Below the pieces are notes generated by a model. That model saw only the letters and a program-made list of their open reading frames with translations, did no database searches and had not been told where the DNA came from. This document shows, piece after piece, positions 19,707-28,994 of a stretch of 64,000 bases of DNA. The first letter of the stretch is position 1, and every line of letters begins with the position of its first letter. The DNA is from an uncultured Candidatus Rokubacteria bacterium (GTDB lineage: Bacteria; Methylomirabilota; Methylomirabilia; Rokubacteriales; DASRDR01). The translations under genes were made by a program, and so were the position numbers. Location of the stretch: the NCBI GenBank assembly GCA_963805625.1, contig CAWDVE010000014.1:64001-128000 (forward strand). Direction: 5' to 3'.

Positions 19707-19725
19707 CCGAGATGCGGTGGCACCT
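19703..19725 (-). repeat. Internal second copy of the IS end motif (right)
   Basis: Reverse complement AGGTGCCACCGCATCTCGGTCAC; overlaps the transposase stop. Confidence 0.85.
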
Positions 19726-19805
19726 TCCCTCGAGTCGTCTCTTCTCCGACCGAGATGGTGTGGCACCTGGCCCCTGAGGCCGTGATTCCTGGCTCCACCC
19801 TCATC

Positions 19806-20131
19806 GTGGAGCGGAATCGGATCGAGGAGTTCGAAAGAGGTCGCCGCGCTGATGCCGGAGGATCCCGTCGTCCGGTTCGGCCTGGCGAGCGCTGCCCTGG
19901 ATGCCGGGCAACCGGAGGAGGCTATGCTCGACCAGGAGACCATCCGGCTCAAACCCGACTACTCGGCGGCGCATCGTGGGCTCGGTCGGGCTTTGGAGAA
20001 GGCGGGTCGTCTAGCCGAGGCGGAGGCGACCTACGTGGCGGGCCTTGAGGTCACGGGACGAACCCGACGATCTCCAGACGAAGAAGGAGATCGAGGTCTT
20101 CTTGCGCCGCCTGGAGAAGCGCGGCGGCTGA
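19806..20131 (+). pseudogene. Small TPR protein with frameshifts
   Basis: RIEEF / EVAALMPEDPVVRFGLA...LKPDYSAAHRGLGRALEKAGR..EA / DLQTKKEIEVFLRRL*. Confidence 0.7.
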
Positions 20132-20524
20132 TCAGGCGCAGCCGGATCGGGGCGTGCCCCGCGCTTTCTTGGGCACCAGTGTGCACGCGAACGTGGCGGG
20201 CTGCTGCTGATACTGATCAAGGAGGGCCCGAACCCGCACCAGCGTCCGGTCCCGCTTGGCGAGGCCGATGCCGTAGATCGCCAGATCGTTCACCAGCCGT
20301 ATGTAGAACACATGCTGGTGGTCGCCGGTGTTCCGCATGCAAGGCGTCGGCTTCTGCGCCACGCGCAGGAGGAGCCCGAACGCGCGGACGTACTCGCCGA
20401 GCACCGGTTCGTCACGGAGGTCCGGCGGAACCTCGGGGAAGCGCGCCAGGAACTCATCCACCGTCATCGGCGTCCGAACGGACCGAGCGCATTCGTCGAG
20501 GTTCGGTGAAAGGCGTATCTGCAT
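20132..20524 (-). CDS. Hypothetical protein
   Basis: Coherent ORF with GC3-rich codons and a GGGAGG RBS; no family recognised. Confidence 0.6.
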   Translation of the reverse strand: MQIRLSPNLDECARSVRTPMTVDEFLARFPEVPPDLRDEPVLGEYVRAFGLLLRVAQKPTPCMRNTGDHQHVFYIRLVNDLAIYGIGLAKRDRTLVRVRALLDQYQQQPATFACTLVPKKARGTPRSGCA

Positions 20525-20760
20525 GACAGCCCCTCCCGGGCCCATTATAGCTCAGCGCGTCCCGGCTGGTCTTCGTACCGGCGCTTGGCTAGGTGCTGGA
20601 GTGTCTTGGACGGGACAGGCCCGGACGCTCGTCTACCAGTACACCTCGAGACACTTGGCGCGCGTGACACCCGGCCTTCGGCATGCCCGTCAAGCGGTCA
20701 ATCAACTCGGCCGGCTTGGGCTCGCGGACACCGCTCATGCTGCAGGAGGTGGGCGAGGAT

Positions 20761-20940
20761 CTAACCCCAATCGGCGAATGAATCAGGCGGCCAGACGGTC
20801 ACCTCATGCGCCTTGGGGAAGCCCTCCGGGTCCAACACCAAACCGATCGCCACTTTGGTAATCGCGGGAGTAGGCCCCCTGGAGCTTGCGGGTTACGGGG
20901 CACTGCCCCTCGAAGTACGTCGAGGTGAGGTCGTACCGAG
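20761..20940 (-). mobile_element. IS1634-family transposase remnant
   Basis: YDLTSTYFEGQCP...AYSRD (20855-20935); possible end sequence ...GGGGTTAG at 20761. Confidence 0.65.
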
Positions 20941-21281
20941 GATGCCCCACCGAACACCACGCCCGAGGCCCCGTCAGCCGTGGGGCCTGGGGTGCGGCCC
21001 GGCCCAGGTGGGGCCCCGCCGCGGGGGTTACCGCTGGACCCAGAACGCGGGTGGCCCTAGGCTGCCCCTGTCGAGCTGACCCCGGCTCGGCGGCCGGGCG
21101 CGGCCGTGGGGCGGGCGGTCGCCCCCGAAGCTCAGGGCCGCGAGGAGACGGACCGCCGTAAGCTCGTGACAGCGATCCCGCGGCGCCAAACGCCCTGTCA
21201 GTTTCTGGCCTATCTCACCGAATCAACGGCACATTTTGTTCGAGCGTCCCGGAGAGCCTCGGCCTAGCCCATGAATCATTA

Positions 21282-21310
21282 TTGACTTATCCGTATAGTT
21301 TAGATAAGCT
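21282..21310 (+). promoter_or_regulatory. sigma70 promoter of the suf operon with overlapping palindromic operator
   Basis: TTGACT-N17-TAAGCT; CTTATC-N11-GATAAG at 21286-21308, in an AT-rich island. Confidence 0.75.
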
Positions 21311-21336
21311 TCGCTCGAGGCTACGGAGCGTTCCCG

Positions 21337-22782
<1,446 letters not shown>

Positions 22783-22783
22783 C

Positions 22784-23563
22784 ATGCTTCTGAAAATCAC
22801 GAACCTCCACGCGAATGTCGCTGGCATTGAGATCCTCCGTGGTGTGGATCTCACCGTGAACGCAGGAGAGGTCCACGCGATCATGGGCCCAAATGGCTCG
22901 GGCAAAAGCACGCTGGCGCACGTTCTTGCTGGACGGCCCGGATACGAGGTCACTCAGGGTGAGGTGCTGTACCAGGGGCACGACCTCCTCGCCATGGCGC
23001 CCGAAATGCGCGCCCGAGAAGGCATCTTCCTCGCGTTTCAGTACCCGGTCGAGATCCCGGGTGTCTCAAACCTCTACTTCCTGAAGAATGCGCTGAACGC
23101 GGTCCGCAAGCACCGCGGGCTGTCCGAACTCGACGCGTTCGACTTCCTGTCGCTCGTCAAAGACAAGGCGGCACTCGTGGACATCGACGAGGAGCTCGTC
23201 AAGCGCGCGGTCAACGAGGGATTCTCGGGCGGTGAGAAGAAGCGGAACGAGATCTTCCAGATGGCGATCCTCGACCCGACGCTCGCGATCCTGGACGAGA
23301 CCGACTCGGGGCTCGACATCGACGCCCTGCGGATCGTCGCCTCCAGCGTGAACTCCCTGCGCACCCCAGAGCGCGCCATGATCGTCGTGACGCATTACCA
23401 GAGGTTGCTCAACTACATCGTCCCGGACTTCCTTCACGTGCTGGTTGACGGGCGCATCGCGCTCGAGGGGGGGAAGGATCTCGCGCTCGAGCTCGAAGAG
23501 AAGGGCTACACCTGGCTCGAGAAGGAGCCGTCCGCAAAGACGCAGCCCGTCCCGGTCTCGTGA
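22784..23563 (+). CDS. sufC: Fe-S cluster assembly ATPase SufC
   Basis: GPNGSGKS, FQYPVEIPGV, FSGGEKKRNE, DETDSGLDIDAL. Confidence 0.98.
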   Translation: MLLKITNLHANVAGIEILRGVDLTVNAGEVHAIMGPNGSGKSTLAHVLAGRPGYEVTQGEVLYQGHDLLAMAPEMRAREGIFLAFQYPVEIPGVSNLYFLKNALNAVRKHRGLSELDAFDFLSLVKDKAALVDIDEELVKRAVNEGFSGGEKKRNEIFQMAILDPTLAILDETDSGLDIDALRIVASSVNSLRTPERAMIVVTHYQRLLNYIVPDFLHVLVDGRIALEGGKDLALELEEKGYTWLEKEPSAKTQPVPVS

Positions 23564-24915
23564 TGGAAGCCGTCGCGGAAGATACGCGCACGACCGGCCT
23601 CGAGCGCTCGCTCGGCGAGGCCTACCGCGAGAAGCGTGCGCCGGGCGATCCCGGCTGGCTGGCCGAGATTCGCCGGGTCGGCATGGATCGGTTCCGCGAA
23701 ATGGGCTTCCCGACCGTCCACGACGAAGCGTGGAGGGACACGAACGTCACGCCGATCCGGAAGGTGCGGTTCGAGCTGGCGCCCGACCAGGAGTCGCCCG
23801 TTCAACGTCCTCACCCCTCCTCTCTCGCGTGGGGAGAGGGCGTTCAGCTCGTCTTCATCAACGGCCGGTATTCCCGAGCGCTCTCCTCTCCCGGACCTCG
23901 GCCCGCTGGCCTCGAAGTGGCCAGCCTGAAGGCCGTTCTGGCGCAGGATCCGGATTCGGTGGAGCCGCATCTCGCGAAGATCGCGCGTAACGGCAACGCC
24001 TTCGCCGCCGTCAACGCGGCGTTCCTCGAAGACGGCGCGTTCGTCCGGATCCCGGCTCGGACGGCCGTCGCGCACCCGATTCACCTCGTCTTTCTGTCGG
24101 AGCCGGTCTTCGGTCCCACGATCTCCCACCCCCGCAACCTCGTGATCGCGGAGGCGGGCAGCGAGGCTCATATCGTCGAGACGTACATCGGGACCGCCGG
24201 GGAGCTCTACTTCACGAACGCCGTCACCGAAGTCGTCCTGGGCGAAGGCGCGGTCCTCGACTTCTCCAAGCTCGAGCGCGAGAGCGGTGCGGCCTTCCAC
24301 GTCGCGACCACCGAGGTGAGCCAGGGGCGCGACAGTAGCTTCACCTCGCACTCGATCTTGCTCGGCGGCGCCCTGGCCCGCAACGACCTCAACGTCCGGC
24401 TCGACGCGGTGGGCGCCGGATGCACACTGAACGGCCTCTTCATCGGATCCGGCACGCAGCACCTCGACAACCACACCCTGATCGATCACGCAAAGCCGCA
24501 TGGCACGAGCCGTGAGCTCTACAAGGGCATCATGAACGGACAGTCGCGGGGGGTCTTCAACGGCAAGATCATTGTGCGGCCGGCCGCGCAGAAGACCGAC
24601 GCGATGCAGACGAACAAGAACCTGCTCCTTTCGAAGGACGCGCTGGTCAACTCGAAGCCGGCGCTCGAGATCTTCGCCGACGACGTCAAGTGTCGGCACG
24701 GCTCGACGATCGGGCAGCTCGACGACGCCGCGATGTTCTACCTGCGCTCGCGCGGGATCGGAGAAACGGAGGCCCGCGACCTCCTGGTCTACGCCTTCGC
24801 GAGCGACGTCGCCTCGAGGATCCGCGTCGCGCCGCTCCGCGCGTTCGTGGAAGCGCAACTCGGCCTGCGGCTGTCCCGGGGCGACGCCGAACCGATCCGG
24901 GGGGCGCGCCCATGA
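23560..24915 (+). CDS. sufD: Fe-S cluster assembly protein SufD
   Basis: GVFNGKIIV..AQKTDA, KPALEIFADDVKCRHG, FYLRSRGI. Confidence 0.97.
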   Translation: MMEAVAEDTRTTGLERSLGEAYREKRAPGDPGWLAEIRRVGMDRFREMGFPTVHDEAWRDTNVTPIRKVRFELAPDQESPVQRPHPSSLAWGEGVQLVFINGRYSRALSSPGPRPAGLEVASLKAVLAQDPDSVEPHLAKIARNGNAFAAVNAAFLEDGAFVRIPARTAVAHPIHLVFLSEPVFGPTISHPRNLVIAEAGSEAHIVETYIGTAGELYFTNAVTEVVLGEGAVLDFSKLERESGAAFHVATTEVSQGRDSSFTSHSILLGGALARNDLNVRLDAVGAGCTLNGLFIGSGTQHLDNHTLIDHAKPHGTSRELYKGIMNGQSRGVFNGKIIVRPAAQKTDAMQTNKNLLLSKDALVNSKPALEIFADDVKCRHGSTIGQLDDAAMFYLRSRGIGETEARDLLVYAFASDVASRIRVAPLRAFVEAQLGLRLSRGDAEPIRGARP

Positions 24916-26177
24916 GCACCGTCCTCCCGAGTCGCGCACCCGCCGAGGGGGACCGCCCGCCCCTCGACGTCGAGGCCCTCCGCCGCGGCTTCCCGATCCT
25001 CGCCCGCAAGATTCACGGCCACCCGCTCGTCTACCTCGACAACGCGGCGACGACTCAGAAGCCGGAGTCCGTCATCGAGGCGGTGGCCGACATGTACCGA
25101 CGGTCCTACGGGAACATCCACCGCGGGGTGCACACGCTCTCAGTCGAGGCGACCGACGCCTACGACCAGGCCCGCGAGAAGGTCCGCGCGTTCGTCAACG
25201 CCGCCGAAACCCGCGAGATCGTGTTCGTCCGCGGGACGACCGAGGCCATCAACCTCGTGGCCCAGACCTTCGGCCGGCAGTCCGTCGGCGAAGGGGACGA
25301 GATCGTCGTGACCGCGCTCGAGCATCATTCGAACATCGTGCCGTGGCAGCTCCTCTGTGACGAGAAGAAGGCGCGCCTGAAGGTCCTGCCAATCGACCGG
25401 ACCGGCGAGGTCTGTGTGGAGGAGCTCGAGCGCCTGCTCACGCCGCGAAGCCGCGTCGTCTCGATCGCGCACGTCTCGAACGCCCTCGGGACGCTCGTTC
25501 CCGTGCGGCGGATCGTCGAGATCGCCCACGCGCGCGGCGTCCCGGTCCTCGTGGATGGCGCGCAGGCGGTCCCGAGGCTCGCCGTGGACGTTCGCGAGCT
25601 CGGCTGCGACTTTTATGCCTTTTCCGCACACAAGATGTATGCCGAGACGGGGGTGGGCGTCCTCTACGGGCGGGCGGAGCTGCTCGACGCCATGCCGCCC
25701 TACCAGGGCGGCGGCGACATGATCAGCTCGGTCACGTTCGAGAAAACGACGTGGAACGTGCTCCCATACAAGTTCGAGGCGGGCACACCGAACATCGCCG
25801 GCGCGATCGGTCTCGGAGCCGCGATCGACTATCTCGCGAAGATCGGGATCGAGAACATCACGGCTCACGAGAAGGACCTGCTGGATTACGCGACCCCCTT
25901 GCTGACCGCTCTCCCCGGTCTGAACGTGATCGGAACGGCACGGGAAAAGATCGGCGTCCTCTCGTTCACCCTCGACGGCATCCACCCGCACGACATCGGG
26001 ACGGTTCTCGATCAGGAGGGGATCGCGATCCGGACCGGCCATCACTGTGCCCAGCCGGTCATGGAGTTCTTCGGCATCCCGGCGACCGCGCGCGCGTCGC
26101 TCGCGCTCTACAACACGCGCCGGGACATCGACGCGCTGGTTGAAGGGATCCGGAAGGTCCAGAGAATGTTCCGCTGA
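24912..26177 (+). CDS. sufS: Cysteine desulfurase SufS
   Basis: YLDNAATTQKP, EHHSNIVPWQ, FSAHKMY, RTGHHCAQP; ATGA overlap with sufD. Confidence 0.97.
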   Translation: MSTVLPSRAPAEGDRPPLDVEALRRGFPILARKIHGHPLVYLDNAATTQKPESVIEAVADMYRRSYGNIHRGVHTLSVEATDAYDQAREKVRAFVNAAETREIVFVRGTTEAINLVAQTFGRQSVGEGDEIVVTALEHHSNIVPWQLLCDEKKARLKVLPIDRTGEVCVEELERLLTPRSRVVSIAHVSNALGTLVPVRRIVEIAHARGVPVLVDGAQAVPRLAVDVRELGCDFYAFSAHKMYAETGVGVLYGRAELLDAMPPYQGGGDMISSVTFEKTTWNVLPYKFEAGTPNIAGAIGLGAAIDYLAKIGIENITAHEKDLLDYATPLLTALPGLNVIGTAREKIGVLSFTLDGIHPHDIGTVLDQEGIAIRTGHHCAQPVMEFFGIPATARASLALYNTRRDIDALVEGIRKVQRMFR

Positions 26178-26668
26178 TGGGCGAGCTCCGGGATCTGTAC
26201 CAGGAAGTGATCCTGGACCATAGCAAGGGGCCGAGGAACTTCGGCGAGTTGGCTGGCGCGAACCGGAGAGCGGAGGGCTACAACCCGCTCTGCGGCGACC
26301 GGGAGACGGTGTTCGTCCGGCTTGAGGACGACGTGCTGAAGGAGGTCGGCTTCCGGGGGGCAGGCTGCGCGATCTCGACGGCGTCCGCCTCGATGATGAC
26401 CGAGAGCCTGAAGGGGAAGACGCGCGCAGAAGCAGAGGCCCTCTTCGACCGCTTCCACGACCTGATCACGGGGAAAGACGGCGAGAACAAGCCGGGCGCG
26501 CCCGAGCTCGGGAAGCTCGCGGTCTTCTCCGGAGTGCGCGAGTTTCCCGTGCGCGTCAAGTGCGCGACGCTACCGTGGCACACGCTGAAGGCGGCGCTCG
26601 CCGGAGAAGATCGCACGGTCTCGACCGAGTTGACCGAAGGGCCGAAGGCCGAGAGCGGAGGGGCCTGA
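26177..26668 (+). CDS. sufU: SufU (NifU-like) sulfur-transfer protein
   Basis: LYQEVILDH, NPLCGD, GCAISTASAS, RVKCATLPW. Confidence 0.96.
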   Translation: MGELRDLYQEVILDHSKGPRNFGELAGANRRAEGYNPLCGDRETVFVRLEDDVLKEVGFRGAGCAISTASASMMTESLKGKTRAEAEALFDRFHDLITGKDGENKPGAPELGKLAVFSGVREFPVRVKCATLPWHTLKAALAGEDRTVSTELTEGPKAESGGA

Positions 26669-26669
26669 C

Positions 26670-27215
26670 ATGTGGGCGCAGAAAGAGACGACGACGACCC
26701 GCGACGTCGTGGCGAGCGAGATCCCGGCCGGGACGAAGTTCACGATCCCGGCGGGGGCGCGCCTGCAGATCACGCAGTCGCTTGGAGGGTCGTACACCGT
26801 CATGGTGCCGATGGGATACCTCGCGCGGATCGACGGCAGGGATGCCGACGCGATCGGGGAAGAGCCGGAGCAGAAGCCGACGGCCAAGGCAACGGCGGAG
26901 AAGCCCGTCGAGGACCTCTGCTGGGACCAGCTCCGCACGTGCTACGACCCGGAGATCCCGGTGAACATCGTGGACCTTGGGCTCGTCTACAGCGTCCAAT
27001 TGACGGCGCTCCCGGAAGGGGGCAACAAGGTCGAGGTCACGTTCACGCTCACCGCTCCAGGCTGCGGCATGGGGGACGTCCTGCGCGAGGACATCCGCCA
27101 GAAGCTGCTCACGGTCCCGGGTATCCACGAGGCGGACGTCCACGTCCTCTTCGACCCGCCCTGGAGCAGGAGCATGATGTCGGACGCGGCCAAACTGCAG
27201 CTCGGGATGATGTGA
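26670..27215 (+). CDS. sufT: Fe-S assembly protein SufT (DUF59)
   Basis: ITQSLGGSYTV, CYDPEIPVNIVDLGLVY, TLTAPGCGMG, FDPPW. Confidence 0.93.
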   Translation: MWAQKETTTTRDVVASEIPAGTKFTIPAGARLQITQSLGGSYTVMVPMGYLARIDGRDADAIGEEPEQKPTAKATAEKPVEDLCWDQLRTCYDPEIPVNIVDLGLVYSVQLTALPEGGNKVEVTFTLTAPGCGMGDVLREDIRQKLLTVPGIHEADVHVLFDPPWSRSMMSDAAKLQLGMM

Positions 27216-27240
27216 AGCGAACGCGCGGGGACGAGCAGCG

Positions 27241-27720
27241 ATGAAGCTCAGTTCGCAGGAAGAGTACGGGCTGCGGTGTCTCCTCCGGGTCGGGCGCGAA
27301 GGCACCTCCGGGCGCGTCACGATCTCCGAGCTGTCACGAGCCGAGGGGATCTCGGAACCGAACGCCGCGAAGATGATGCGGATCCTGCGTGAAGGCGGGT
27401 TCGTCACCTCCACCCGCGGACAGTCGGGAGGCTATGCGCTCTCCCGGCCGGCGGAGCAGATCAACGTCGGCGAGGTCCTCGCGGCGCTGGGCGGCCGGCT
27501 GTACGAGCCCTCCTTCTGCGACACGCACGCGGGCGTCGAGCGATTCTGCTCGAACATGCCAGATTGCTCGATCCGTTCCGTATGGCGCATGCTCCAGAAC
27601 GCCGTAGACCAGGTGCTTGGCAAGATCACGTTGAAGGACCTTCTGGTCTCCGAGCGGGAGATGAACGCGTTCCCCTCGGCGGCCAGGTCGGCGCTTCCGA
27701 CGTACGCGCAGCACGCCTGA
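27241..27720 (+). CDS. Rrf2-family regulator (SUF-associated)
   Basis: EEYGLRCL, VTSTRGQSGGYAL.RP..I, three Cys (C..H...C.....C). Confidence 0.92.
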   Translation: MKLSSQEEYGLRCLLRVGREGTSGRVTISELSRAEGISEPNAAKMMRILREGGFVTSTRGQSGGYALSRPAEQINVGEVLAALGGRLYEPSFCDTHAGVERFCSNMPDCSIRSVWRMLQNAVDQVLGKITLKDLLVSEREMNAFPSAARSALPTYAQHA

Positions 27721-27874
27721 CCGAAGGCAGCGGCATGATCACGCCGCCGGATCCCCAGCGCGGGGAAGGACAAGGCAGCGTGATGCGGTTCTTGCGCCCT
27801 ACAGGGCTGTGGCGGCACTACCATCGGGGCGCCTGGCCGACATCCTAAGCGGCATCTGATAAGATCGCAGATTG

Positions 27875-28903
27875 ATGGCGCATCTCAGCGCTAAGGCACG
27901 CGCGCGCCTGCCGAATACCGCCTTCGCCTACGTGGACTCGAAGGGTCAGCGACGCCTGCCGATCCACGACGAGCCCCACGTCCGGAACGCGCTCGCTCGC
28001 TTCAACCAGATCAAGTTCGAGGACGACGCGGCACGCGAGCGGGCGCGCAAGAGACTGCTGACCGCGGGCAAGAAGCACGGGATCGTGCCGATCGGCTTCA
28101 TCACCGGGCAGCTCGCGACCGAGCGTCTGGAGGGCGAGTCCAGGGCACGCGCCACCGTCGCGCGCGACCTGCCGACGGGCCGGGTCACCTTCCTCCTGAC
28201 CGATATCGAGGATTCCACCGGCCTCCTGCGCCGGCTGGGCGACGGGTACGCCGACCTGCTCAGCGGTGTGCGCCGCCTCCTTCGCCGGGCCGTGCAACGG
28301 TCGGGCGGCAGCGAGGTCGACGTTCGCGCCGACGAGCTCTTCGCCGTCTTCAAGCGGCCGGCCGGTGCGCTCGGTGCGGCACTGGCGATCCAGCGGAGCC
28401 TCGGGTCACGGGCATGGCCGGACGGGGCCCGTGTGCGGGTCAGGATCGGCATCCACACTGGCCGTCCCACGCTGACCGATAGCGGCTACGTCGGTCTGGC
28501 CGTGCACGCGGCCGCCCGCATCTGCGCCGCCGGCCATGGCGGCCAGATCCTTCTCTCGCACACCACCGTACAAGCTGTCGAGGCATCCGTTCCGGTCGGT
28601 GTCAGCTTCCGCGCGTTGGGCAATCACCGGCTCCGTGGACTGCCGGAGCCGGAGGCTCTCTTCCAGCTGGAGGCGCCTGACCTTCCGGCGAGGTTCCCGC
28701 GACCTCGAACCGCCGCCCGGTCATTCGCCCATCGACCGCCCGGACCCGAAGCCTCGCGGCTGACGCCCGTCCCCCGCGCGAGCGCACCCCCTTCTGGCAG
28801 ACGATCCGGAAGAGGACGTAGAGCGCGTGGGCGTCCTACGAAAGCTGGTGGGCGGCGGCGTCGATCTCATGCTGGACACCCATCAGAAGTCGACGGCCGA
28901 TGA
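27875..28903 (+). CDS. DUF6582-like N-terminal domain fused to a class III adenylate/guanylate cyclase domain
   Basis: RARLPNTAFAYVDSKGQRRLPIHDEPHVRNALARFNQ; TFLLTDIEDST, VRIGIHTG, AARICAAGHGGQILLS. The tail after about 28720 looks like read-through. Confidence 0.8.
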   Translation: MAHLSAKARARLPNTAFAYVDSKGQRRLPIHDEPHVRNALARFNQIKFEDDAARERARKRLLTAGKKHGIVPIGFITGQLATERLEGESRARATVARDLPTGRVTFLLTDIEDSTGLLRRLGDGYADLLSGVRRLLRRAVQRSGGSEVDVRADELFAVFKRPAGALGAALAIQRSLGSRAWPDGARVRVRIGIHTGRPTLTDSGYVGLAVHAAARICAAGHGGQILLSHTTVQAVEASVPVGVSFRALGNHRLRGLPEPEALFQLEAPDLPARFPRPRTAARSFAHRPPGPEASRLTPVPRASAPPSGRRSGRGRRARGRPTKAGGRRRRSHAGHPSEVDGR

Positions 28904-28919
28904 GGCCGTTCGGGCGTGC
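28803..28919 (+). pseudogene. Mandelate racemase/enolase-superfamily internal remnant
   Basis: DPEEDVERVGVLRKLVGGGVDLMLDTHQKST.DEAVR in an alternative frame. Confidence 0.5.
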
Positions 28920-28994
28920 GGTCCAGCTTTCGCTCTCGATGTCGTCGGCTGCGCAGCGAAGGCGCCTGGAGTTGCGTACAATCCCGGTTAACCC

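Larger units (their letters stand above)
18422..19774 (+). mobile_element. Complete insertion sequence with terminal inverted repeats and 3-bp (TGA) flanking duplication
   Basis: GGGGCCAGGTGCCACACCATCTCGGTCGG at 18422-18450 is perfectly inverted at 19746-19774. TGA sits at 18419-18421 and 19775-19777. Confidence 0.9.
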
